From: Bryobacterales bacterium
GTDB lineage: Bacteria > Acidobacteriota > Terriglobia > Bryobacterales > Bryobacteraceae
Reading direction: 5' to 3'
Assembly: GCA_963767775.1 (NCBI GenBank)
Contig: CAVYFI010000004.1
Span: forward strand, 153,006 to 217,005
DNA: 64,000 nt
Shown: positions 11,133 through 22,018 of the stretch, piece by piece
Position numbering within the stretch: position 1 is the stretch's first letter
How the letters are laid out: the number at the start of each line of letters is the position of its first letter
The notes under the pieces: model-generated
The model's input: the letters and a program-made list of their open reading frames with translations, nothing else
Databases searched by the model: none
What the model was told of the DNA's origin: nothing
Translations under genes and position numbers: made by a program

Positions 11133-14100
11133 ATGAAATCGCTCCGCAATATCCTCATCGCCGCCGGCGCAGTGGCTCATCGTTCTCGGCCATCGCCGCA
11201 GTCCTGTTGTGCAGACCGCGTGGTTCCGGAATTACGTCAAGCAAACAATCATTACGTCGGTGGAAGACAGCACCGGCGGGCGAGTGGAGGCCGGTTCCTT
11301 CCAATTTGACTGGACGCATCTCCGCGCCGTGCTCACCGATTCGGTATTGCATGGAAACGAACCCCCGGACGCGGCGCCTCTGCTGCGCGTGGCCCGGATT
11401 CAGGTGGATCTTGGTCTGTTCACTGTTCACGGCCTTTGGAACATCGCCGCACTCGATATCGATCGGCCGCAAGCCAATGTCATTGTCTATCCCGACGGGC
11501 ACACGAATATACCCACGCCTCGCCAGAAATCTAGCTCATTGCCACTCGAACCCGTTGTCGATCTCGCCATCGGGCACTTCGAAATTACCAATGGCCTGCT
11601 AACGCTCGCTGCGCAGAAGCATGAGCTCAGCGTGCGTGGAAACAACCTGCGCGCCCAGCTCGCCTATAACACTTCGGCCTCGGAATACAGCGGACAGCTC
11701 TCGCTTCAGCCGGTCTATGTCGTTTCCGGCCGCAATACGCCCGTCAATTTCACAGTCTTCGCTGCCGGTGGTGTTGGGTCGCGACAAAATCGAAGTTCGC
11801 GGCGCGCGGATCACATCGCCCTTGTCGGCCCTTGCTCTCGATGCATCCCTCACTGACCTTCGGAATCCCCGCGTATCGGCCCATCTCAACGGACACATCG
11901 CACTGGCCGACTGAAGCGAGCAGGTGACTTCTCGCTTAATTCGCGCCTTCCAAGCTGCCCCCTGCTGTCGATCTGGACGCCAACGCGACAGTGGCCGGCA
12001 GCAGCATTCAGGTCAGCCAACCTCCGCGTGACGCTCGGTCAATCGAATCTGGAAGCTTCAGGCGCGCTGGATCGCGGCCTCAGTTTCAAGAGCCGCTTGT
12101 CGTTGAATGAACTGGCGGGCCTCGCCGGTGTGATCGATGTCAACGGAAACGCAAAGCTCGATGCCCGCGAACAATCTGCACCTCAACGGTCTTCAGATCG
12201 CGGCCTTCGGCGCCGAGTTCTCAGGCGACGTCTCGCTCCAGAATTTTCGCGCTATCAATTGCGCGGCAATCTGCGGCATCTGGACGTCAAGGACGCCATC
12301 CGCGCCGCGGGCGTTCAGCCGCTCCCTTACGACGGCGTGATCTCCGGTTCGTTAAGTGCCGAGGGAAATTTCAAAGCCCCGTTCCTCCGTCAGCTCACGG
12401 CCCGCGCGCAACTATCCATCTCGCCCGGATCGCGTGGTGTTCCAGTGTCGGGCCATTTGAACGCAGCTTACACTGGCGCGAACGATAACCTCAACATCCA
12501 GCATTCTCTTCTCACCTTGCCGCATTCGCGCTTGACGATCGACGGCTCACCCGGGAAGCAATTGAATGTCGCGCTCACCACTACGAATCTCGATGACCTG
12601 CTCGCGTCCGTCGCGCCTTCTTCCAGGCCAAAGGTTGCGCTGAATGGCGGCCAAGCCAGCTTCGACGGTAGCGTCTCCGGACCCCTGACCGCGCCGCGTA
12701 TCACCGGCCATCTGACGGCAACTCGGATTACCCTCGCGGACCGGCAGTTCGATAACTTAGTCGCCGACGCGTCCGTCTCCAAGTCCAATGCCGTCGTTCA
12801 AAGCGGCAGCCTTAGCCGCGCCGCGATGCTGGCACATTTCTCGGGATCGATCGGCTTGCGCGATTGGCAACCGCTCCCGAGCTCACCTCTGTCCGCCAGC
12901 GCCTCTATACAAAACGGCGATCTCGCCGACCTTCTGGCTCTCGCCGGCGAGCCCAGCGCTGGTTATTCCGGCCAGCTCAGCGCGAACCTCAACATCAACG
13001 GCACGCTCGGCGATCCCAGCGGCTCAGCTACCGTCACCGTTCATGCCGGATCTATCGAAGGCCAGCCATTCGATCGCGCGCAAGCGCAAGTCAACCTTGC
13101 CGACCAGCTGGTCACCGTGCCGAGCGCATCCATCCAAGCCGGCGCAGCCCGCGTCAATCTCACGGCCGAGTATCAACATCCGCGCGACAGCTTCACCACC
13201 GGCCATTTGCGTGCCGATATTCAAAGCACCCAGGTCGACTTGTCGCAGCTTACGGCGGTTCAAAAACAACGGCCCCACACCTCCGGAATCGTGCAGTTGA
13301 ACGCCAACGTCGTGGGCGATGTCTCTGACCACTTCCAGCTCAGCAGCATCAACGGCAACGGCTCCGTACGCGGCCTCGAGTCGGAAGGCCAGAGCTACGG
13401 CGATGTCACCGCCACCGCGAACACCAGCGGCCATTCCGTCAATTACAGCGTCACGTCAAACTTTGCGGGATCGAACATCAACGTCACAGGCGACACGCAA
13501 CTGGCGCCTGATTATCCCACCACTGCTCACGCCTCGCTCGCGAATCTTCCCGTTGAGCGAGTGCTCGCGATCGCGCACCGCACCGATATCCCAATTCGAG
13601 GAATGCTCTCCGCAACAGCAACTTTCAACGGCACCATCGCGAATCCTCAGGGCAGCGGGGATTTGACCCTGTCAAAAGCGACCCTCTACGACGACGCCGT
13701 TGATCGCATCCATGCCCGCTTCAATTATTTGCCGCAAAGCATCGACGTCCCCCAGCTTGAACTCGTGTCCGGCCCCTCGCATATCGAACTCAGCGCGCAT
13801 TACGATCACGCCGCCGGCAATCTGGAATCGGGTAATCTGCAATTCCACATCGATCCCAGCCACATTGACCTTGCGCGCGTGAAAACCATTACGGAGCGAA
13901 GCCCCGGCCTCGCGGGCACTGTGCAGCTCGATGGGAGTGGCACTGCGCAGATCCGTCCGTCCGAGCAAGTCTTAATTAGCGATCTTAACGCCAGCCTCAA
14001 GGCCGCCGGCTTGGCCACCAACGGAAAAACTCTCGGCGATCTCTCGCTCACGGCCAACACCGCGGCGGGACGCGTGAACCTAGCGCTCGAATCCAACCTG

Positions 14101-15793
14101 GCTGGAGCCTCCATCCAAGGCCATGGCGCGGTAGAACTCGCTTCCGGCTACTCCACCAGCGCCCAGCTCACGTTTAAGAACGTCACCTGGACCAGCCTTG
14201 CACCGCTGCTCGGCTCCGCCTCCATTGCACCACGAGGTTTTGAAGCCGCCGCCGACGGCGAAGCTTCCGTCAACGGCCCGCTCACGAACACGCAACAACT
14301 CCGCGGTTCGTTCCAACTCACGCGTCTCCAGGTATCGAGCAATTCGTTCGCGCTTCGAAAAGCTGGGTCCGTTCTGCTGCAGAACCAAGGCCCACTTTCG
14401 GCCTCGATCGAACGCGGCGTGGTTCGCATTCAATCGGCGCATCTCACCGGACCCGCAGACCAATCTCGAAGCCAGTGGCTCCCTCCCGCTGAACGGCGAT
14501 TCCATGGACGTTGCCATCAAAGGCAACCTGGACCTGGCCTTCCTCGAAAAACTCGATCAATCCATCACTTCATCGGGCAGCATCGTCCTCGCCGCCACGG
14601 TTCGCGGAACGCTCAGGCAGCCCGAGCTCGGCGGGCAATTCGAATTGCGCAACAGCTCGTTCGCCTATGCCAGCCTGCCAACTGGAATTTGGAAAGCCTC
14701 GGGCGTCGTTCTGCTGAGTGGCGATAGCGCGATCATCCGCAACCTTGCAGCGGAAGCGGGCGGCGGCAGGATCACTCTCGCGGGCTCGGCCACTATGAAT
14801 GGCGCCCTGCGATTTGGATTGCAGGCCCACGCCACGCGAGTACGCCTCCAGGTTCAGCCCGGCCTCAGCATCACGGCATCCGCCGACATCAATGCCGCCG
14901 GAACCACTGCTAATAGTTCCATTTCCGGAAACGTGACGGTCGATCAGGTCATGTATTCCTCGCGCAGCGACCTTGCCTCCATCCTCAGCTTGGCCGCGCC
15001 GCCGGTCCAGGCCTCGGCGCCATCACCGCTGCTGGATAACATGCGCCTGGATCTTCGGGTGCGGAGCTCTAGCGCGCTGGCCGTCCAGTCCTCGCTGGCC
15101 CAAAACCTGCAGCTCTATGCCGACCTGCGCGTTCGCGGAACGGCGGCGCAGCCGGGCATGCTCGGGCGAGTCAACATCACGGAAGGCAAGCTGGTGTTCT
15201 TCGGTTCAACGTACACCGTGAATAACGGCTCCATTTCGTTCTTCAACCCTATCCGCGTAGAACCTACTCTCGATCTAAGCCTGGAGACCCAAACGCAGGG
15301 CGTGGCCGTGGACCTCAAAGTCACCGGCCCCATCGACAATATGAAACTGAGCTACACATCCAATCCGCCGCTCCAGTTTCAGGAAATCGTCAACTTGCTG
15401 GCCATGGGAACCACGCCGACTTCCGACCCCACACTGCTTGCGAATCAGCCTTCCATCGCTCAGCAAAGCTTTCAGCAAATGGGGGAATCGGCCATCGTGG
15501 GCGCAGCCCTTGCCGACCCGGTGTCCAATCAGCTCCAGCGTGTATTTGGAGTCACTCAGTTGAAGATCAATCCCACCTTCGCCGGCGGATCCGATCTTCC
15601 CGTGGCACAACTGAGCCTCACGCAACAGATCAGCAACAACTTGACCTTCACTTACGTTACTGGCTTAAACACGGCCAACGCGGAGACCATCCAGGCGGTA
15701 TGGACTTTCACTCCGCTGTGGTCGGCGCAGGCGCTGCGCGATTACAACGGAATCTTCAGCGTCAGCCTGATTTACAAGCGGCAATTCCACTGA
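11133..15793 (+). CDS. tamB: translocation-and-assembly-module protein TamB (DUF490 C-terminus); several frame switches
   Basis: N-terminal anchor MKSLRNILIAAGAV, then TAWFRNYVKQTIITSVEDSTGGRVEAGSFQFDW (11209-1856 frame). A very long Ser/Thr/Asn/Gly-rich beta-rich body follows (12028-14727). The C-terminal block is LVFFGSTYTVNNGSISFFNP...LKVTGPIDNMKLSYTSNPPL...LSLIYKRQFH (14198-15793). Confidence 0.8.
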
Positions 15794-15814
15794 TGATTTG
15801 ACCTGCGCCGTGCC

Positions 15815-18421
15815 TCACTTCACAGCGCTCTGCCAATTCAACACCACCGTCACAGGCGCCGCCGTCGCTTCCTCTAGCGACGTGTCCATCAGAAAACGCT
15901 TCCCGTCCCCAGTGATGTCCCAGCGCCACGCCACGCCCGGACCTCCACCCGTGCCTCCCAGAATCGCCGCGCGGAACAGGGGCTTGGGAACGCCGGGCTG
16001 GAACGTGGCGCCCGTGGTCGTTACGCTGACCTCCATCAGCGTGCTGTCCGGCGCAAAATAGAACAGCTCTTTGCCATCGCGCGACCAGCGTGGCTGGCTA
16101 CCGCCTCCATTCGACACCACCCATTTACCGCCGCTCGAAACCGGAAATGGCTGAACATAAACTTCCTTGGTTCCCGATTCGTTCGATGTGTACACTACCC
16201 AGTGCCCGTCCGGAGAAAACTTGGCCTGTCCTTCATTAAACGCCGTCACCAGATAAGGAACCGGCTTGCGGTCACCCTGCAAGGGAAGCACCCACAAGTC
16301 CGTGCCGGCGTTCTTCTTCCTTTGCATGTAGATTATGAACCGGCCGTCGCGCGACCAGTCATCCGGCGTCTTGACTCCTTCGGAGTGAAGAATCACCTCG
16401 CCTTGCCCCGCGCCGTTGGCAGGCTTGCGATACAGATCGGCCGATTGGCCACCGCTCGGTGCGTAAACGATCTCGCTGCCATCGGGCGACCAAATTGCGC
16501 TGCCTCCGCCCGCCTCGAAGCTCAGACGTGTATTGACGCCCCGCTCCAGATCCAGCATCCACACGCCCCATGTCCCTTTCTCATCCGCGCGGCCTTCCAC
16601 CACGCGTGTCGCATCTGGAGAGAGCTCCAGTTCGTCGCGCCCAGTGGGCTCACCTGCGTGACCCAGAATCTTCCCCTCCCGGTCGAACCAGGTCAATTGT
16701 CGTTTATCGCCGCCCGTCGCCGCGTAGCCCAACAAGCCGTTATTCGAAACCGAAAACAACCCCCCAAAGGTGTTCGTGCTCACCCGGTCGGCCAATTGAA
16801 CCGCGCGGCCGGTAAGTTCCAGGTGCCCCGCGTCGAAAGGCTGCGTCATGAGCGCCTCGCCGCGTAGAAAAAATAACCAGCCGGGGCCCCCAGCTGAAGA
16901 CGCCACATACTTGGCCGCGGCCGGGCTGGCGATCAAGCGCTTCTGTCCCTGTTCCTCCGGCTTGGCGTCCAGCGAGCCGAGAAGGACCCCGCTGCTGTCC
17001 CTGACCGCTACCACCTCGTAATACAGAAAGTGCTTTCCATCGGGCAGGAAGAACGGTAGGATCTGCGCCACTTCACCGCGTTGGGCATTCAGGACTGTTA
17101 TGGGGGAGCTATCGCCACCCGAAGCCGCGACACGATTGATAACCCCCTTGCTCCCGAACAAAATCACGTCCTGCCGGCTCCAGGAGATACCGGCCGCTGG
17201 GTAAACCACTGGCGCCAAAGTTTGTGGCGGTCCGCCCGCAATGTCAATCTTCTTGAGATTGCCTCCCGAACTAAATGCCACGTATTGGCTGTCCGGGGAC
17301 CACTCCGGATCCGGGGTCGCGCCCTCGGTTCCCGGCAACTCGCGTGCCTGGAGCGAGTCCATCAAGCGGATCCACAAACTGCTGCGTCCGTCCGCGCCCC
17401 GCGCGTCGAGAATCAATTTGCGCCCGTCCGGGGAAAGGGCGAAGGTGTTGATTGTGGTCTTAGCCGGTGGAAGGATTTCGAAACGCATGGGAGCGGCCAC
17501 CGGCGGCTTTTCCCGAAAATGCACCAAGGCCAACGCGCCGGTACTCAGCAGCAACACCGCCGCCACTGCCGGCCACAGCCATTGAGTCTTGCGCGGAGGT
17601 GGAAGCGCCGCGGCGCCACTCGCAACCTCGGCCGGCGCTCCTTCCAGCAGCCTCCAAACATCCCCGATATCGCGCAACCGTTTTCGCGGATCTTTCTGCA
17701 GGCACTCCACGAGCAACCGCTGGACGCTATGAGGCGCATCGCTCAGATCGGGCTCGTCGCGAATCACTTTGGCCAGCATCTCGCCCGCGTCCTCGCCGCC
17801 GAACAGCCGCTTGCCGGTGATCATTTCGTGCAGCACCACGCCGAACGCGAAAATATCGGCGCGCTTGTCGGTAGCTTTCCCCCGCGCCTGCTCGGGAGCC
17901 ATGTAGGAAGCCGTACCCAGAATCATTCCGGCTTCGGTCATGCCGATGGTGAACGTGGGCGAGCGCTCGTTGCTTCCGCTGGTAGTCGCCGCCACCTTGG
18001 CGAGTCCGAAGTCCAGCACCTTCACTGTGCCGTCCGGCTTGATCTTGATGTTGGCCGGCTTCAGGTCGCGATGCGTGATACCTCGTTCGTGCGCGGCCTC
18101 CAGCGCGTCCGCGATCTGGCGTGCGATGCGCAGCGCTTCGTCCAGAGGCATCGGACCTTTCGGCGACTCGCCCTCGATGTACTCCATCACCAGGTAGTTC
18201 GGACCCACGTCGTGCAGCGTGCAAATGTTGGGATGATTCAGCGCCGCAACCGCCCGCGCCTCCAGTTCGAAACGCTCCGTGAACCGTTCGTTGGAAATTT
18301 TTATCGCGACAATCCGGTCCAGCCGCGTGTCTCGAGCCTTGTAGACTTCGCCCATTCCACCCGCGCCGATGGGTTCGATAATTTCGTACGGGCCAAGGAG
18401 ATTGCCAATGGTAAGCGGCAT
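15815..18421 (-). CDS. Ser/Thr protein kinase with one TM segment and a C-terminal TolB-like/WD40-like beta-propeller
   Basis: Intact 868-aa ORF. GAGGMGEVYKARD...VAIK (ATP site), HRDLKPANI (catalytic loop), DFGLAK, APE. Repeated ..SPDG.. propeller blades (LSPDGRKL, WSPDSQYV, LSPDATRV, WSPDGSEI, FSPDGHWV). Confidence 0.9.
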   Translation of the reverse strand: MPLTIGNLLGPYEIIEPIGAGGMGEVYKARDTRLDRIVAIKISNERFTERFELEARAVAALNHPNICTLHDVGPNYLVMEYIEGESPKGPMPLDEALRIARQIADALEAAHERGITHRDLKPANIKIKPDGTVKVLDFGLAKVAATTSGSNERSPTFTIGMTEAGMILGTASYMAPEQARGKATDKRADIFAFGVVLHEMITGKRLFGGEDAGEMLAKVIRDEPDLSDAPHSVQRLLVECLQKDPRKRLRDIGDVWRLLEGAPAEVASGAAALPPPRKTQWLWPAVAAVLLLSTGALALVHFREKPPVAAPMRFEILPPAKTTINTFALSPDGRKLILDARGADGRSSLWIRLMDSLQARELPGTEGATPDPEWSPDSQYVAFSSGGNLKKIDIAGGPPQTLAPVVYPAAGISWSRQDVILFGSKGVINRVAASGGDSSPITVLNAQRGEVAQILPFFLPDGKHFLYYEVVAVRDSSGVLLGSLDAKPEEQGQKRLIASPAAAKYVASSAGGPGWLFFLRGEALMTQPFDAGHLELTGRAVQLADRVSTNTFGGLFSVSNNGLLGYAATGGDKRQLTWFDREGKILGHAGEPTGRDELELSPDATRVVEGRADEKGTWGVWMLDLERGVNTRLSFEAGGGSAIWSPDGSEIVYAPSGGQSADLYRKPANGAGQGEVILHSEGVKTPDDWSRDGRFIIYMQRKKNAGTDLWVLPLQGDRKPVPYLVTAFNEGQAKFSPDGHWVVYTSNESGTKEVYVQPFPVSSGGKWVVSNGGGSQPRWSRDGKELFYFAPDSTLMEVSVTTTGATFQPGVPKPLFRAAILGGTGGGPGVAWRWDITGDGKRFLMDTSLEEATAAPVTVVLNWQSAVK

Positions 18422-18456
18422 ATATCGGATTCAGTCCAGTTTACCCGAAACCGGCT

Positions 18457-18519
18457 GCTGAACCGCTACTTAAGGAAGCGGGAGCCGCCACAGCCCTTCC
18501 CGCAGCGTCCGCAGCGGAC
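18457..18519. repeat. REP-like elements in the kinase / PEP-CTERM intergenic region
   Basis: gctgaaccgctacttaaggaagcgg (18457-18481) resembles the element at 21990-22018. The perfect 13-nt palindrome gtccgcagcggac (18507-18519) shares its core with hairpins at 6331 and 34041. Confidence 0.5.
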
Positions 18520-18629
18520 CGATGTCCGGCTCGGAAGTACTGTGAGTCCTGGTACCTATAGTTCTTTTTGGCCATTCGCGGAGGAAACCTATAGAGCACT
18601 GAACCCTCTTACTGTACGGAGGACAACGC

Positions 18630-19247
18630 ATGCTATCTAGATGGAAGTATGTTCAGATCACCGTATCATCGCTAGCCCTTATCCTGCCGGGTTTTCTGTG
18701 CGGGGATACCCTATACACCTACACAAGTAGTGACGGCGTAGCTGTAAGTTTCGACCTGACGGGAAATCCGGACAGTATACCGCCGGGGACAGACATAAGC
18801 GGCGACGTTGGGTCGTTTTCCATGGCCTATCCCGCGCCCTCGGAAGATAACGCCGGATTTGCACTGGGACCCGGCCCTGCTTACAGCAACTTTTCCCTCT
18901 CAACGCTTGAGATCGGAACTGATTCATTGGGGGATGTTACGTCATGGGACATAGCCGGAACCCAGTTTGCCTCTTATCCTGCATTCTTTGGTGACCCTCC
19001 AAACAATTTTTATTGCGACTACGGCGTAACGTTTACCCCTGCTGGTGGCGGCGGGTCGCTCTTAACCGATAACGACGCTGGCTTTTGCCCATCCTCGCCT
19101 GTTTTCGCGGCAACCATTGGCTCGTGGAGCGCCTCCACCGTTCCCTCCTCGACACCGGAGCCACGCAATTCCGCTTTGGTCGGCGGCGGACTCCTCTTTC
19201 TCGCGGCGTTGGTAACTCGACGCAAACGCGCGGCTATCGCTCGTTAA
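18630..19247 (+). CDS. PEP-CTERM sorting-domain secreted protein
   Basis: N-terminal signal-like WKYVQITVSSLALILPGFLCG. The C-terminus TPEPRNSALVGGGLLFLAALVTRRKRAA shows a PEP motif, a TM helix and an Arg/Lys cluster. Confidence 0.75.
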   Translation: MLSRWKYVQITVSSLALILPGFLCGDTLYTYTSSDGVAVSFDLTGNPDSIPPGTDISGDVGSFSMAYPAPSEDNAGFALGPGPAYSNFSLSTLEIGTDSLGDVTSWDIAGTQFASYPAFFGDPPNNFYCDYGVTFTPAGGGGSLLTDNDAGFCPSSPVFAATIGSWSASTVPSSTPEPRNSALVGGGLLFLAALVTRRKRAAIAR

Positions 19248-19264
19248 GTCTGGGCCATCTCGCG

Positions 19265-19696
19265 CTAAGCTGAACCGGCAAACGGATTCACCACGCGAAC
19301 AGTACCGTAAAGCCTATCGTGCTGGAGACCCTCGGTTAGAATTTCCGGCAGGCCGTAATATTCCGCATATGCCCAAAGGTGCGCATCGAACCAATTCAAC
19401 TGGTACGCGGCACAGCCACGAATCGCGTCGCGCAGGATTGCTTCGTTGGGGTACAGAACGGTGAACTGTTTCAGAAATTCTTCCGCTTCGCGTAGAGCAT
19501 CAGTTTGCTTGAGAATACTGTACCCGCGCATCGGTCGGGTCACGGCCGCGATAAACTCGATGATCGCCTGGTGCGGAAGGCGCACAGAATCCTCGGCGAT
19601 TCCGCGCCTGAGAATCTCGGTGGCGATTTTGCGCTTCTCCGGAAATCGGCTATCGAAACGATATACCAGGATATTAGTGTCAACGAGAGCGGCCAC
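19265..19696 (-). CDS. vapC: PIN-domain toxin (VapC family)
   Basis: MAALVDTNILVYRFD... (acidic PIN N-terminal motif). 143 aa. Its start overlaps the upstream antitoxin gene by 17 nt. Confidence 0.8.
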   Translation of the reverse strand: MAALVDTNILVYRFDSRFPEKRKIATEILRRGIAEDSVRLPHQAIIEFIAAVTRPMRGYSILKQTDALREAEEFLKQFTVLYPNEAILRDAIRGCAAYQLNWFDAHLWAYAEYYGLPEILTEGLQHDRLYGTVRVVNPFAGSA

Positions 19697-19964
19697 GTAC
19701 GTATAGGTCCTCTCGTACCCAACCTCTGTCCCGAGGTTGCTGCGTCTTTCGCGACGACGTACGCCTGCGTTGGCGCTCTGTCGCCTGGTCGAACAAACGC
19801 AGCCGCAATTCTCGATCGTCCTCGGCCTGGTCCTTGCCTGGGGGTATGACCCGAATTACTTCGCCAGCCGCTACCCAGTCGATCTCATCGCCGGGGCGAA
19901 TATTGTACCGATCAGCGATTGTCCGGGGCACCGTGACTTGATACTTGGACGTTACCTTGGCCAT
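19680..19964 (-). CDS. vapB: AbrB/MazE/SpoVT-fold antitoxin (VapB-like)
   Basis: MAKVTSKYQVTVPRTIADRYNIRPGDEIDW is the swapped-hairpin AbrB-type motif. 94 aa, directly upstream of and overlapping the PIN gene. Confidence 0.75.
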   Translation of the reverse strand: MAKVTSKYQVTVPRTIADRYNIRPGDEIDWVAAGEVIRVIPPGKDQAEDDRELRLRLFDQATERQRRRTSSRKTQQPRDRGWVREDLYVRGRSR

Positions 19965-20085
19965 GTGAGTTCCTAAGTGGTCCTCACCCTTACTTTAGCA
20001 AGGATCATTTCCTTGTTCAATGCTACGGGCGCTCTACGCTGCAGTTGCAGCCGATGCTACGATAAGACTACCGACCCTGCCCGCC

Positions 20086-20718
20086 ATGAAATGCAAGATC
20101 TGCGAGACGCGCAAACCGCGCCGCCACTGCCTCGGCATTAACGGCGAAATCTGCTCCCTCTGCTGCGGCAATGAGCGCGAAGTCACCATCAGTTGCCCGC
20201 TCGAGTGCCCTTATCTTGTCGAGGCCCGCCTGCATGAAAAGCCTCCCGTCTTGAACCCGGACGCTATCCCCAACCAGGATGTCCAGGTCACCGAGCAATT
20301 CCTGCGCGAACATGAGTCACTTCTGGTGTTTTTGAGCGCACGGCTCGTCGAAGTCTCACTTGCGGCGGCGGGGGCCGTCGATTCCGATGTCCGCGAAGCG
20401 CTGCAATCGCTCATCCGAACTTATCGCACGCTCCAAAGCGGTCTGTACTATGAAACGCGGCCCGCGAATCTTATCGCCGCCGGAATTCATGCACGCATGC
20501 AGGAAGCTGTTGAAGCCTTGCGCAAGCAGCTTGCCGAAAAAAGCGCCACGCCCGTTCGCGACGCCGAAATCCTCGGCACACTGGTGTTTCTAGAGCGCGT
20601 GGAGCTGAATCAAAACAATGGACGGCCGCGCGGCCGCGCCTTCGTGGATTACTTGCGCGCCTATTTCCCGCAAAGCCGCGAGAGCGCGGAGCCCGCTTCC
20701 CCGCTCATTCAGGTATGA
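20086..20718 (+). CDS. hypothetical protein with Cys-rich N-terminal module (8 Cys in first 41 residues)
   Basis: MKCKICETRKPRRHCLGINGEICSLCCGNEREVTISCPLECPYL, followed by a helical-looking body. Intact. 18 nt upstream of cbiX-like gene. Confidence 0.55.
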   Translation: MKCKICETRKPRRHCLGINGEICSLCCGNEREVTISCPLECPYLVEARLHEKPPVLNPDAIPNQDVQVTEQFLREHESLLVFLSARLVEVSLAAAGAVDSDVREALQSLIRTYRTLQSGLYYETRPANLIAAGIHARMQEAVEALRKQLAEKSATPVRDAEILGTLVFLERVELNQNNGRPRGRAFVDYLRAYFPQSRESAEPASPLIQV

Positions 20719-20736
20719 CACGGGTATGACGCAGGT

Positions 20737-21105
20737 ATGACCGGGTTCATCGTCTTCGCTCACGGCTCGCGTATTGAAAGCGCCAATCAAGCCGTGCGCG
20801 ATGTCGTATCCAAGATGGCTGCTTCAGGCCAACACGTTGTCGAAGCTGCGTTTCTCGAACTGGGACAACCCGATCTCGCCGGTGCCACGGCGCTGCTCAT
20901 TGCGCGCGGCGCGAAACGAGTCGTCGTGATCCCCTATTTCCTCACGCTGGGAACGCACATGCAGCGCGACCTTCCCCGTCTCGCCCAGGACGCCTCCCGC
21001 GCCAACGGAGATATCGAAATGCAGATCACCGCACCGCTCGACGGACATCCCGCGCTGGTCGAAGCGCTGCTCGATCGCGCGAGCCAGGCACTGAACATCG
21101 TATGA
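20737..21105 (+). CDS. cbiX: small CbiX/SirB-type chelatase domain protein (sirohydrochlorin chelatase family)
   Basis: FIVFAHGSRIESANQAV...AFLELGQPDLAGA...RVVVIPYFLTLGTHMQRDLP is the short single-domain CbiX pattern. 122 aa. Confidence 0.65.
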   Translation: MTGFIVFAHGSRIESANQAVRDVVSKMAASGQHVVEAAFLELGQPDLAGATALLIARGAKRVVVIPYFLTLGTHMQRDLPRLAQDASRANGDIEMQITAPLDGHPALVEALLDRASQALNIV

Positions 21106-21791
21106 AAGCAACCATCCTCGAGTTCCACGACATCGCGCCCGAAGTCCGCCACTTCGTATTCGAAGTCCCTGAAGTCCAACAGCTCCCCTTCAAACCCGGC
21201 CAGTTCGTTTCGCTCAAGGAAACTCTCAACGGAAAGAAAATCATCCGCCCCTACTCCATTGCGTCGCTGCCCGATGGCAATCGCTTCGAGCTCTGCCTCA
21301 ATCTGGTGCATCAGGGGGTGTTCACGCCGCATCTGTTCGCGATGCAGCCGGGCGATTCGGTCGAGATTTCCGCGCCCCTCGGCTTTTTCGTGGTGCGCGA
21401 TCCAGCCAAGGACGCGCTTTTCATTGCTACCGGTACCGGCATCGCGCCCTTCCGCTCCATGGCGCCCGGCTATTTCGCGCATCCCAACGCCGGGCAACTC
21501 ACGCTGCTGTTCGGCATTCGCAACGAGAACACCATCTACTATCGCGACGATTTCGAAGCGCTCGCCCGCAACCATCCCAACTTCCGTTTTTGGCCGACCC
21601 TCAGCCGCGCGGATTCCTCTTGGACTGGCCGCTCCGGCCACGTGCAGATCCATCTGACCGAGGCCCTGGACGGACGCACCGATCTCGACGTCTACATCTG
21701 CGGCCTGAAGGCGATGGTGGACGACGTCCGCGCTATCCTCAAAGAGTTAGGCTTCGACCGCAAGCAGATTATTTTTGAAAAGTACGACTAA
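21102..21791 (+). CDS. ferredoxin-NADP reductase-like FAD/NAD(P)-binding oxidoreductase
   Basis: RPYSIAS (RxYS FAD motif), GTGIAPF (NAD(P) motif), ICGLKAMV. The ATG overlaps the cbiX stop (ATGA at 21102-21105). Confidence 0.75.
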   Translation: MKATILEFHDIAPEVRHFVFEVPEVQQLPFKPGQFVSLKETLNGKKIIRPYSIASLPDGNRFELCLNLVHQGVFTPHLFAMQPGDSVEISAPLGFFVVRDPAKDALFIATGTGIAPFRSMAPGYFAHPNAGQLTLLFGIRNENTIYYRDDFEALARNHPNFRFWPTLSRADSSWTGRSGHVQIHLTEALDGRTDLDVYICGLKAMVDDVRAILKELGFDRKQIIFEKYD

Positions 21792-21822
21792 GAAATTCAA
21801 CCAATGAACCGAACAACTGCGA

Positions 21823-22008
21823 TTGGTCCTCGGGATGGTGATGATATTCGCCGTAACCGTCGCCATTCTGCTGGCCGTGATGCCGGGACCGCACAAGCCC
21901 ACCGATTATTTGGTCATCGGCTGCGTGGCAACACTGCTGTGCTTGCTGCTGCTGTTTGTCGTGTTGATCAACACGCCCAAACGTTCTGATACTGAACCGC
22001 GACCGTAA
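21823..22008 (+). CDS. possible small two-TM membrane protein
   Basis: MVLGMVMIFAVTVAILLAVMPG...VIGCVATLLCLLLLFVVLI. No homology recognised. The 3' end runs into a REP-like element. Confidence 0.3.
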   Translation: MVLGMVMIFAVTVAILLAVMPGPHKPTDYLVIGCVATLLCLLLLFVVLINTPKRSDTEPRP

Positions 22009-22018
22009 GGGAGCGGCC
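21990..22018 (-). repeat. copy of dispersed ~30-nt REP-like element (family with core cgcggYtcRgta)
   Basis: The minus strand reads ggccgctcccttacggtcgcggttcagta. About 24 of 32 positions match the copy at 38541-38572. Confidence 0.5.

Noticed and set aside
17081-18640. 519-aa ORF on the + strand
   Set aside because: It is antisense to the intact Ser/Thr kinase gene, with low-complexity Arg-rich translation. Shadow ORF.
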